Below are positions 50,398-64,000 of a stretch of 64,000 nucleotides of DNA, one piece after another. Source of the DNA: Lobosporangium transversale. Lineage: Eukaryota. The notes beneath the pieces are model-generated. The model was not told where the DNA came from. It searched no databases and worked only from the letters and a program-made list of their open reading frames with translations. The stretch is taken from contig NW_019029021.1 in NCBI RefSeq assembly GCF_002105155.1, forward strand, positions 248,001 to 312,000, given 5' to 3'. A program made the position numbers and the translations under genes. The first letter of the stretch is position 1; each line of letters starts with the position of its first letter.

Positions 50398-51686
50398 TCA
50401 CTCAATTATTTCCCATACTTTATTGATGAAAGCCATCGTTTCAGTCGTAGTTGCTGCACTCGACGACTGCGCCAACCGCGTAAGGCCTCGCCGGATGGCA
50501 GCTTCATTGGAGTCCGTCAATACCTCCGCTGTTACCACATGAGCTGCTGAAATGGCTGCAAGTAACTTCAGGGAGGTAACTGCGATTGTCTCCTCAATAC
50601 TTTCAATCCCAAGGACTGCGACATCCATAGCCCATTGACTGGTCTCCCTTGACACAGTGCATCCTCCTACCGTAGATATAGCACTAGCAGCTGTGTAAAG
50701 GACCTGTATACAACCCTGAATTAACGGCAAGTATTCTTTTTTACTAACTAGCAGAGTATTATCACGAAGAAATGACATCGCACATTCTCCAAGGGTCGGG
50801 GAAACCAGATCCATTAGGCGACACGGTACACAGTCTGAAGACGGGGCTGGAGAGAGATGGTTTACTGTCGCTTGGGATCCAATTGTGGACCCGGATGCCA
50901 GGCTTTGCATCGTCATGAAAAGTACATTAATTAAGCAGAGCGCTGAGGGCAAGTTGGATCTGCTCCCCTTGATAATTACGTCCGTAAGTACAGAGAGAAT
51001 GTCTCTCAAGATGGCTAGCAACAGATCCTGAGGTGAACTGGGTATTGGAGATATGCTATTTTCTGCCTGGGTTATCACTTCATCACCCCTAAGCTCATCT
51101 ATTGGTGCATTTACGCTTGAAGTATCACAGTCCTTGCTGATCCGCTCCAAACCCTTGGAAAAACAACCGCTGTTGTATGGAGCCGTACACAATATGGTCT
51201 TTGAGAGTACGTCAACAATACCGAGTTGTAACTTATACAGCTCGCTCATAAATACTAAGAGGTAGCAGTGCGGTTAGAAACTTTTTTACGGATTCTGTTA
51301 TTCGACCAAGGGGAGCAGTTGTGAACGTACCATTTTGTTCAGAAGTAATTCTCACAATCGGATAAAAATAGTTGGTGATAATCCGGTAAATCCATTGACA
51401 GGCTTTGCTGATTTGCTCCGAGGTATCGGATTGGATATTCCAATTCACAATCCAATCATACATTGCAAACAGCCAGGACCGACTTGCAGCTAAATCAAGC
51501 TGATCTACTTGTAAGGGTTTCAATCCGATCACTTTACTCATACCCGTATATATTGCCTCCAATGAAGAATCCGGGAACATGCTGTGAGTAATTGCTGTGG
51601 AGAGAGTTCTGACTATGCTAAACTCTAGTGGGTTGTCGATTCTATATCACAACCACCCAAAAAGACTGTATTAATAACTTTTTTTT

Positions 51687-51726
<40 letters not shown>

Positions 51727-54700
51727 GCATTGTGATACGTACCGTTCTGCCAAAGCTAAACGCATCTTTTCGGGAATGGGCTTTGCGTCGTTGTCAACAC
51801 CAGAGGGCTTATTCAACTTCCTATACTCACGTGCGAATCCGTGAGCAGGAATTGTCTATTGAAGCATACAGAGTGTATAAGTATCTCTCTTTTTTAAAGC
51901 CTCAAAGGACCTACAAATGCAGTCTTCACACAGTACCTTGAGAACCAACAATGGCGACAGGCGGGCAAAACGAAGGTCATCGATCGCTTCATCGGTAACT
52001 TCCAGAGCCACTTCTAGAAGATCTTCTCCTAATACTCCCTGGCGCTCCATAATCTCCAGAATGGCAGTGGAAAGTGATACAATAGCATCAGTACTCGCGG
52101 CGATCGATGGAGCAAGATTATTCCAAACACGGATCAAAAGTTGGTCAGAGGGGGATCCATAGGTTTTTATGACCATTCGATCAATAAAACTTTTCCAAAT
52201 TGCGCAAGGGATCATTTCCCCTAATTTCTTAATAACACGGAGTAGATCATCCAGAGGAATATCCCCTTTATTATAGAAAGGAGAAAGATATAATGGTTAT
52301 CAATAGCACCGAAAGTTCGAGGACATACAGATGAATTCTAATACCCAATCCTACCATGGTCGGCTGATATTCCTGTAGCTTGCTTGAATTTTAAAACGAG
52401 TTGTGCAGGACTGTTGATCTTGCAGCCAGAGTTTGGCACAGGGATGTTTTTTGGGAGGCCTCGTCTAAGTAATCATAGCAGAGAGTTAGGATATGTTTGA
52501 GATGCATATAGAGGAGCTGAGGAATATACCCATTTCATTGAGACAGCTACTAGCATTTGCCCTACCGAAGATACTCTATAAACCAACTAAACCCATCGCC
52601 AACGTATCCGCCCTTACTTTGAGATAGCATATAGTCAATCAAAATTAGCTCAGCATTTGAGCGGATTTGGCTATCGTCGGAGGTAAGCTTCCTCACAAGT
52701 ATCCCAATGACCTTGCGTGGGTTCACTAGATTATATAAAGCAGTAATATCAGCCTGGCATAGCTATTTTCAAAGCATACTAAATCCTTCCGCTGAAGATT
52801 GAAAGGAGCTTAGAGAGACATACCAATTGAGACAACGAAAGAGCTTGCTGTCATCTTGATCTTAACGTCATCGATCAATAGCAGGTCTATCATAGCATCT
52901 TCCAACTGAAATCTTTTCCATACTCAGTAATGGTGGAAGCAGACAAGAAATGAGTGAGCAAGGTGGTTAGAAGTAGGACTTACTTTTGATCCTCATCCTC
53001 AGATAGAGTTGTAAAAAAATTCATTTCCGCCAGTGCCTTAACAACTTGAGTAGAATTCCATAATCTATTGTAGACCCGGACTTCATTCATCATCGAGAAG
53101 CTTTGATCTGAGCTACTTTGAAGGCGAACTATCAGTTCCCGAACAAGAAGCGCTGGAAAGAATGTAATCAGATGGGCTAATAGGTGAGCGAATTTCATTG
53201 TGATTTTATGTGGAGTGTCCAAACTAGTGACTAGCCACGATTTCATAGATTTAAGGCCCACATCGGTCATATTTGGAGCAAGCGCTTTTTGAAGGGCTAG
53301 CGCGCTGTTATGTCCGAATACTTGATCTATATTGGGCTACTTTCCGCCATTTTCAAGGTTTCGAGATTTACCAAGTAAGTCTACTTTCTTATTGTATCGT
53401 AATATCGTACGGCCATATGAATTGGCAGAACACTCACCTCAAGGCATGTAAAGTATGCATGCAAAACACTCTCAAGAGGCTCCCTCAAAGCACTAAAAAG
53501 TTGATCTAGCGTAATTGATGGGCTACAGAGTCCGAAAGTGGTGCATATTGCGACAAGTTTTTGATATGGATGGATTTCCTGAGGAAAATATTGACTTTAG
53601 AACTTTTAACGTATATCATATCCACACAAGTGAGTGCTTACTCTCACACACGCCACAGCATACCATTTGCACATATCTATTTACTTGATCCATCAATGAT
53701 GACGGTATCAAGCTATTACTCCTTTGTATGAGAATGGAAGAAATAATGCTCCATGTCTGCGCATACGAAGTGAAGGCATGGCATGAGGACACAACTGCTC
53801 CTGACTTCCAGCACTTGTTGAGACTAGACAGTATATCCAGAGTGTCTAAAAGACTTGCAGATGCCGCTTCATTTCTTTTTATGTTCCACTATAAAATATA
53901 CAAAAGCATATGATTGTTAATCAATAGTAAGTCCCCCCCCCCCCTTCTTTTTTTTTTTTTTTTTGGACTCGTTACTACATATACATACAGTTTGATACTC
54001 TGTAAAGATTTCATGCATGGCCTGCATGCTTTTTAAGAAACAGCGTCCATGGACTGATTGCAAGAGCTTTTGTGTTTCGTCCGGATCTACAATCATTACA
54101 AGGTTCTTCTTGCGCTCTTCTTCCAAGTCACGAATTTTGATTAAATACTCATCAGCAAAGATTTTGGATGCATGGATCGCCACGTCTAAAGCGAGACTTG
54201 TGAGACGAGTCATATATCGGTTGCCTTCGGAGTTGACTGGTCTATAAATTTACTTTTTAGTGTATAAGAATGAAAGTGGCCATTACACATGCTTTAGAGA
54301 CACTAGAGGATTCGTAGTACGTACGTGTCATTTTGGATTATGTGCAATAGCGGATTAATCCAATCCAGTAGAAATTGTCCGTTGGGGAACTGCTCACCTC
54401 CAACTATCTTACAAATACAACAATTAGATTCTTCATTAATTGTTAAAGTAGCGTGCGCCACTCATCATGTCAAATATCCTAAGCTCGTACCGTTATTTGC
54501 TGCCAGTTGTTGTTGAGTAGAACTATTTGTTATCAGGTCATTCCTGCATCGCTTCGTGGATTTTGTCGGGCAGAAGTCCTGTGTATGTAATGCGTGCTCA
54601 ATGGCCAACAAAACGGCCAGCTTGCGTCTTTTTTCGACCGAAAGTGTTAGCTCTTTGCTCAGAGCACGCGCTACCAATTCCCTATGAGGCCACCATAAAA

Positions 54701-55211
54701 TCATCCAGTCCAACAATAGGAATGAGATCTGTTTTTCTGATTCTCCTGACTTTTTCAGAATCTATTACTCACCAATGATGAGAAAAAACATCTATTAGCC
54801 AATCCAAAATAAAAATCCACAGTGTCGCAAAATGCAAGACTCATGCCTTTTACTACCTTATCCAGCAATGGCTCATAAACCTCTTCAGCCCGCTCCGTGG
54901 CTATCTTGTTGGTGTCAATATGCTCCACTAGCGCCTTTAGGGCAGACGAGAGAACATCTATTGATCCACCAAGCGCTGTCAATTCCCAAGTCTTCAATAA
55001 CATTGATGTGATACCACAATTTGCGATTCTTCCAAAACTCAGTTTCCAGCGGTTCACCTGACGACATACTTTCACGATCAATATCGACAATTGCTTTTCG
55101 AATCGCGGATCGATTGGCCTGGAAAAGAACTAGAAAGGAATGCCCAAGATTTGGTTGGCATTGTTTCTGTGTCGCCTCCGCAGATTTCATGTCCGGCTGT
55201 ACATCATTCAT
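50398..55211 (-). CDS. Large multi-exon ARM/HEAT-repeat-like protein, uncharacterised
   Basis: A series of leucine-rich helical exons joined by short GT-AG introns (e.g. GTATGT donor after DRE, AAG|GTAGTA, RLSPLLVLK|GT, LALAER|GT). Not all exon boundaries were resolved. Confidence 0.65.
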
Positions 55212-55313
55212 GTGTTTTAGCAGTTCACGAATTGTGATCCTAGTTCATGTTCAGCATTGCATGTGTTCTTAAACTGTTATTATTATTATGACTGTTTATT
55301 TAAAATTACAAGT

Positions 55314-58229
55314 CTACAACAGCCTCTTTCGCCCAAGATTCTTCCGCGTTACTTTTGCATCTGACCCAATGATCTTGGGTGGCGATATAAGACCAAGACG
55401 GGGCGAAGATTGCCCTGTACTGGCTGTATGAACTTCGTAGTTTACAAGCGGCGTCTCATAGTGTAGATATGGTACTTTCTTCCATGGTACGCCAGCCACT
55501 CCTGGTACCGTACTAGAGTCTACTGTGTGGTCAAGACTAGCGTGCAATGGCATATGGATTACACCTTTGACGACACCGTTGCACTTCTTCAGCTTAGATA
55601 GAGGGATAGGTGTAAGAATATGAAAAGTACGAGTGGAGGGCTGAATGCTCCGAATAATAGCAAGACCGTGGCAAGTCGTATACTCGGGTGGAGGAGGAGG
55701 ATACTGTCCTATTGGAAAGTAGTTGATCTGTCTAGCCAAGTCATCGTTTGTCAAATGAGGGTGCTGTCCGTCAACCGTTTTAGAACTGTCACATTTTTTG
55801 CTCTTCGCCTCTTCTTTGTCCCCGATCAATGCCACGAGACTTGCATTGAGGACGTGCAAAATTTGGCTCGGAGGTACTTGATCAAACAGAACCCAAACTC
55901 CTTTGGCATTACTCCAATCCCAGCACCATGGCCGCCGTACTACAAGTGCTTGTGTGAAATCCCATATTAAGCGATCTCCGCTGCTTGAGTTTAGTCCTGA
56001 GTCTGGTCCTTGCTTCAGGTAAAAGTATGAAAGCAATGCAAGGGCTCGATGGTCTGCAGGATGGTATTTTGTGAAAGGGGAGATGTTGTTTTCGTCGCCG
56101 AGGGCCACTGCCTCAACATAAAAGATCGTGGGGCACGGGTGTCTGATTTCTAATGCCCGGCTCTTCAAGGTGGATGAAAAACTCTGTGGCAAGTTGGATT
56201 CGCTGTAGGATGGAGAATGGAATCCAAAAATATGCGAAGGCACTGTATAGTCCAGGAGTTCCAGCAAAAGATTATACCCCATTCCCTTGATCCATCCTTG
56301 TGTGTTAATGATCAATGGTATATGTTCGTCTTCAACACTACTATTATAATCGATATCATCCGCATCCATCCAAGTCTGTGTATGCGTCACCTCACTATAA
56401 TATGTTTTGATTAGCTCCTTGATACATGCCATGTAATATTCAGGATCATCTCTCGGCGTGCTGTTTCCAACAAAGAAAGCGCGATATGGCTGTCTCGGAT
56501 GAGTAAACGGTGCGCCTAACGCAGGCGTTTCTATTATATGTAGGGCCACCATGCCAACAGGGGTGAATTCTGACTGACCTATATCACATTCGATAAACGC
56601 GACTTTCTTATACCTTTGGATGAAGAAAAAAGGAAGTTAGTATAAAATTTTCTTTCTTATTGATAATTTTTCCTATATACATTTGGTAATATTTATGGAG
56701 GTAATAAATAGCTTACCTATTGAGCATACGATTTAGTAGTAAACGCGAAAGTGTTGATTTGCCCATCTTCTTTCCTCCACATACTACAGAGACTGGTGGC
56801 CGACTGATAAACTCTCCATTCTCATCCACAGTGGCTTCAATAAGTGTTTGAATTGCTTCGTGCCAAGTAGGTGGGATTTTCATTGCTGAAATGCTGTCTG
56901 TAGGTTCTTGAATAGGATGGAAGCCATTCATACTAGTCTCAAACCGAGTCTGTGCTAGCTTATCTGGATCCCCCATTTCACGAGGACGTGGCAAATGTTT
57001 GGCAGATAAAATTCCTTTGAATAGGGGCACCACTTTTTCAATACCAAAAATCCCAGAGGAGACGCCTGATTGTATTGCAAGCACAGTATCAAAATCATCA
57101 AACACTACATGAGTAGTCAAAGCCTTTAGTTGTTCTTGTAACTCGAATGACGCTTGCTCGACTTTTTGTGGGACCAACTGTTCTCTTTTGACGGAGCCAG
57201 CACTAATAGACTCAACGACTGCAAGTGCGTGTGTTCTAGGCGATATTACTGTGAAGCGTGATATTGAAGATAAGTTGGATGCATTTAGTGCTGATTGAGA
57301 CTGAGTTATTTCAGACGGATTTTTCCTGGTGCCTCCTGGTCCTGATAAAATATAGCCTAATACCGATGCATATCCACTAAGAGGAATGATGTTTATGCAT
57401 CCTTGAAAAACAATCGTCTGCAAGATGTCATCATGAAAAGAGTTAGCAAAGAGCTCCATACATTATCCAGACTATGCTACTCTTCTCTTTATATGGAGAA
57501 AACAGACATACCTCACCCTGTTTAAGGCCAACGACTATAATATCCGAATTTCCTTTGGTAGAAGAGTAGGCAACATTGTCAGGTGTTGGTTTAAAGGATG
57601 AAATAGACTGAGGATCAAGGAACAACCTATATTATATGAAAGTAGTAAGGTGAGAAGCCATTGAGCACCTGAATAAAAATCCCCGGCAAATGATGCACTT
57701 ACTTGCGCTCGCGCCGCTCATATAGGGGTAGGTTACCAGCGTCTTTGATAGTGGACTTAGGCTTGATTCCGACATCATATCCCTGGTCGGAGGAATTCCC
57801 TCCATCATCATCGCTATCAGTATTTAGTGATACTTTTGATGCCTCTTCATCATTATCGATATCAACATTGTCGACCTCAACATGTTCTTCAGACTCCGGT
57901 GTTGATGGTTTGCTTGTGGAATTTGAGGGCACATCCTCCAGTATCGACGCCTTGTGCGATACCCCGGCCTTATATGTGTCGCCTAATGCTGATGCTTTAT
58001 TAGCGGCCTCTTGTAACTGTAGTCTTCTTGCTGCTAGAGCACTAACTGGTGGTTGCTGTACTGTTACCGTGGATACAGCTGTTGTAGTACGTACTTTTGT
58101 AAATAGTCGAGTGACAAGATTGACTGGTTAACTCATGCATGACATGCAAGAAGTCAATATGACTTGACATGTTGGTTGTCATGTCCAAGATTTCTTACCG
58201 ATTTTCTGCTTCTTTGCTTTTGGAGACAT
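55314..58229 (-). CDS. GRC3: Polynucleotide 5'-hydroxyl kinase Grc3/NOL9
   Basis: Exons 58229-58199, 58123-57703, 57626-57512, 57417-56717, 56613-55314. P-loop VCGGKKMGKST, CDIGQSEFTP, PLIINTQGWIKG.G, C.GLAIIRSI...FHILTP. Confidence 0.9.
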
Positions 58230-58324
58230 GGTACAAATTAAACAATTCCAGAGTATTTATTTCTTTTCTTTTTTTTTGTGTACAAATCATGTGGCTTTGA
58301 TTGGATTTTTTTTTTTTTTTTTTT

Positions 58325-59478
<1,154 letters not shown>

Positions 59479-61140
59479 AGTTGAGAGTAATTTGGAGAGT
59501 GTGGTTCGTTGCGTAGTGCAAATCTGCTCTCTATCGGCCTTTATTGATGTCTGCACATGTCAGGTGCAAGCGTACAATTTTTAATTTTTAGCAATCTCGT
59601 TGATCGTGCTAGCCCTCGAGGTGATTCATCTCTATAAATATCTCACAAAAGGAAGAGATTGTAAAAAATACATTGTTTCTCAGTTGATCCGCTATTCCTT
59701 CCATCGAAGAAGCGATCAAGGGGCAGAGGTTTGTAGAAGGTAAGGTAATTATGCTTCTCAAAGCAAGCTACTTCGTGAGCTCCATGATACGATACTACAT
59801 TGCTATTATGACGGAGCTTTGACATCCATTAAACTGGTTCTATCTTGTGCGGAGCTATTCCTTAAGGAAGAGATTCTGCTATGTTCATCTGCTGCATTGT
59901 CAAGCGATGCCGAGCGTCAGATGGAATTTTCATACTTGATCTGGCCTGTGTGGACTAATACTACAAAATGATGTCGTGGCCACTTTGCCGGAGCTACCTT
60001 AGCAATCTACATATATGTAGTAAGTATTCTTTATCCATTATAATCCATGGGTTGATATATTTGTACAGGAAGCGCTACGTAGAAACCATGACAGAGATGG
60101 TACCATGGAAGCTTGGTGCCAACTTAGGACATCGAGCGTAAATGCCTAGGTTTCCACACATAGTATTTTAAATATGGTATATTGACTCTACACTTGAGGC
60201 GCTGTCAGAAGTTGCAGTAAGAAGTGAACTCCTGATTCTTTTTCAACGTCGCAATTATAACATATTTTGATTGGTACACTTCCGATATTTTCCTCCCTGC
60301 TTTGGTGACAAGAGCTACTACTTCGTCGCTCAATATGAGACCTTAAAGCTAAGGACTTTTGTTGTTAGTTCTCTGTTGAAACTCATGCGACCCACCTTCT
60401 GGATCGTCCTCATGGCTTATAAGTGAGAAGTCATGGGAGCTGGCGCTTTGGGGCGAAATACTCAGTTATATCATACTAACCTATACCAACAAATCGTGAT
60501 TGGAGTCAAGAGCAGATCTTGTCTTGCATTGGAAAGACAGTCTTTCCAGATAAGTATGCATGTGACGAGAAGTTGTCTTGTGAAGCGAAGTTCAGTCTAC
60601 TTGTTTTATGACACTCATTCGTGCTGATTCCTAAGGTACACCTCCTCATATTTCATCAAATCGGAACCGGCGCTGATAGCAATAGTAGCAGTTTTATCAG
60701 CTTGGCCACAATAGGCCTTACAATATGCTTATCAGATTGAAAACGGACATGGATAGACCTTCCATCCTAATTGAAGCAACAGTACTTCCACGCCTTTCAA
60801 GTAGCAGGCAACATTGCTGTTACTGGGTTACCAAAGTGCAGGAAGGATGTTGGAAGCTGATTGGTGTGTGCCTCCTATGTGTCAAGAGCCAAGCATTAAG
60901 ACCTAGCGATCTACGGACAAATCCCATTCATGAAATATATTAAGCTGAATTTTCAATGGATAAAATTGCTTTTAACTTAAACTATTGTTCTAGCTGTGAG
61001 ATACCTTTCCAAATGGACTACATGGCTGGTTCGAGCTCCAATACTAAAATAGGAAGAAAAGTGACGACTTTCTTTTTTAGACTTTTCTTCTTTTTCAGAA
61101 CAAGGGAACTCCTACATTTTCACCTCATCACATCAGAAAA

Positions 61141-64000
61141 ATGCCATGCATCCTAAAAATCAGGGTCATTGGAGCCAGGGATCTACCTGTAATGGACAAG
61201 GCATCTGATCTAACGGATGCCTATGTCGAAGTCCGCTTTGCTGATTTTGAAGCCCAACGCACAACTGTCTGTCGTAAGACATTGAATCCAGTTTGGAACG
61301 AGGTACCTCCCAATTGGTTGGATTGAAAGACGTTTGCATCCATGTTTTTCGAAACACCAAAATCGATCTTTTTTTTTTTTTTTTTTTTCCTTTTCCTTAT
61401 TTCTTTCTTACTTTTAAATATCGGATGCTATAACTTCCTGCTTTTATTTAATACAGGATTTTCGATTTGAAGTGACAGACGACGCAGATCTTCAAAACGA
61501 GCCGCTGGAACTCAAAGTATTGGACTATGATGCTATAACCGCTAATGATTCCGTAGGGTCTGTGTTCATTGATTTGAATCCTCTTTTACCAGTTAATTCG
61601 CCTTGGCAAATCGCAGGATGGTTCCCAATATATGACACAATTCGGGGTGTTCGAGGGGAAGTTAATGTTCAGGTCAAACTGCAGTTTTTTGGCGACGTTA
61701 ACCCATTTAAGGATTCATCGGCTGGGATTATGTTCTTTTCTACAACGTCTTTACCAGCTGGATATCAAATTGTCGCGATGCATGGTTTCGTGGATGCGAT
61801 TGTTAATGAAGATGATCCTGAGTACCATTGGAGTGACAGCTTTCGCACGCAGCGATCGTCGAACGAGGCTAGACAAAGACTCCTCTTCAGGCTCTCTGGA
61901 CAGCTTCGCCGCTTACTGGGGAAGGAGACATTGGACATGGGAGGAAATGCTGTCTTGGGATATCAGCAGTGCTTTGACTTAGAAAGCGAAGAACATGCTA
62001 TCACTGCACGTGCTGTTGGGACAGCCGTCAAAATTGCTGTCGTTACAAGTTCCACACCTCAACTCAGTGAGAAGATACAAGCAGTCGCCTTGAATGATCT
62101 TCACACAGAGGATATCCTCTCATCGACTTTGGATAGCGCACAAAGAACCAGCCCAATTAATGCCAATACAGAAGGTGTACCTCCTTCATTGGCTCAACGA
62201 CGGCGAGAGTCCTCAATCTCGACAGAAACTAGTGGCAGTACAAATTCTGCTCCTTCGGTTGCCAGTGGTGCCAAAAACAGTATCAATAACTATAAGTACC
62301 TGGAGCAGCAAATATTTACATTACATGAATTCCCACCAGGAACAGTGTTCAATCTAGGAGGCATTGTCAGCGCAAGATCCGTGAAGCTTATTGAAAATGA
62401 TGATGTCGAGACGCGTGACGCCTGGTGGAATGAGTTAAGGGATGAAATTAAATCGCACGCACGTGTGCTCGGCTGTTCTCATGTTATTGGTTATCAGGAG
62501 GCTGCTACTATCAACGATGAGCTTATTGTACTTTCAGCCGTAGGGACAGCAGCTAATCTTGATATGACAGCGTTTACTCCGGGCTTTTTTGATGCAAACA
62601 AAAACTTGTCGCGTTCTGGCAGTATCAGCCGATCTTATGTCGACAATCCTGCTGATAGCTTTTCATCATCTATCGGCGGAGCCAAAGCGAGCCTCCAAAA
62701 TTCGCTCAAAGAGCAACAATGGATGGAGTTGCTCGCTAAACGTAAGAGCAAACGAAAACAACCATCAGGTAAAGTTTCTACAGAGCGTGTGTATTTTACT
62801 TTCATACCTATACCAAGGTTAAACGACTTTTGCTTTTTTTCTTACCTATCCTTTTGTCAATTAGCCTGTAGGATGTGTCATATTCCATTTCATCGAAAAT
62901 CATCGCCTTTCCCAATGAGTTTGGTCAAATGTCAAAAATGCAAGAAAAAATACGTCCCTGAAATACTACTTAGCACAGTTGAACCACCAGCAGAGTTGGG
63001 AGTAGTTGGGCAAAGCGCTTTTGTGGAGGCGCACGTCTGCCGAGCTAAAAAAAGAAAGGACGGAGAATCGAATGCAACTATTGTTAGTGATGCGATTCCT
63101 TTCGTAGAGTATGACCTGCATCGTCAACTTATGTACAAACTGAAAATTCATGGATTGAATGCCATATTTGGACTTCGTTTCCAACTCACTATAGGTGATT
63201 CCCTTATTGTTGCTGTCGCAAGCGGCACGGCTATGTATCTCTCCGCTTTACCTACTCCTCCAGCGCTCAGGATATCCAGAAATCTTGATGTCATTGATGA
63301 AGAAGACAAAAAATTACTGGAAATACAGCGCAAGATCATGGATCTCTCAGAAAAAAACCGACAAAATCTGGAGGCAGAAAAATTGAAAGAACAGGATGAC
63401 GGAGAGCCAAGTACAATATTACCTCTTAGTGATGGTGTCCAAGCCGCGCAACCAGATGATGACAGCTCGGGTTCAAGTTCAGATTCAGATGACGAAGTAG
63501 AGAAGGAGAATTATCAAACTAATGTTGTAATCCAGATTGATGATGACGCTGACGAAGACCTCATGGCTGTCCTATTGGACCCCGTTTTCACCGATGGATT
63601 TCTCCTCTGCAGTACAGAGACGCTTCCCAACCACCCGTACTTCGTTAGCACAGATCCTATGATACCTGACAATGCCCATTTGATCACCACTGTTAAGCAG
63701 GGCCATATCAACATGATATCCCATCATCCTAACCGACAACTTGCTGCACTCTTTCGGTCTATATATGAGGACCTTCGATTTCGATTGTCATACTTCACTG
63801 ACTGCGTTCTTGCCGGCATATCATACCATATTCAGCTGCCACGAGCAAATGAGGTTCAAATTCAGCTAACAGGGGTTGCTCTTGGGCAACAGCGCCAGGC
63901 AGATGCGTTAGAACCTCTTGGTGTTCCGATTACACTCTCTCCTTGGAGATCAATTCCAAGTTCAGCGATCCTAACCGCCAGTCATTCTAGAGCAGATTCA
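61141..64000 (+). CDS. C2 domain-containing protein 5-like (C2CD5/CDP138), 5' part, runs off the window end
   Basis: Exons 61141-61302, 61457-62768, 62865->64000. MPCILKIRVIGARDLPVMDKASDLTDAYVEV..RKTLNPVWN.DFRFEV.D..LQ.EPL; GWFPIYDT..GVRG; DDPEYHW.D.FRT; TRDAWWNELRDEIKSHA; PF.EYDLHRQL..KLK..G.NAIFGL. Confidence 0.88.

Noticed and set aside
59600..61000. Homopolymer-poor intergenic block between GT62 and C2CD5, with short ORFs and small palindromes
   Set aside because: No recognisable protein, TE or RNA motif found by eye. It could be old repeat debris, but this is unsupported.

Overview
Gene-dense, intron-rich eukaryotic DNA from a fungus, most likely an early-diverging lineage such as Mortierellomycotina. 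That assignment is inferred from the F-box/LRR N-terminal signature, the C2CD5 homolog and the gene set. Long poly(A)/poly(T) tracts are abundant. About 20 protein genes were reconstructed by hand with splice sites: ADE5,7 (5' end), a complex I NUZM/NDUFA7-like subunit, a CxxC-less thioredoxin-like protein, an SDR epimerase, an M20 amidohydrolase, F-box/LRR, COA1, ATP11, TKL1, a DSK2-like protein, a membrane spermidine-synthase-like methyltransferase, KAP123, an ARM/HEAT protein, GRC3/NOL9, a GT62 ANP1-family enzyme with a GC-AG intron, and C2CD5 (5' part). The interval ~1.0-5.65 kb is nested mobile-element debris. It holds an internally deleted Ty3/Gypsy chromovirus-like element, a 332-bp solo-LTR-like insertion and, missed by the ORF track, a decayed minus-strand Fanzor/TnpB-like nuclease remnant. 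The remnant has RuvC-I-like VIVGGDP, RuvC-III-like DRDVIGAGNI...RPEKF and a downstream stem-loop. It appears dead here but may mark an uncharacterised Fanzor family in this genome. No database searches were run; all family assignments come from motif recognition.
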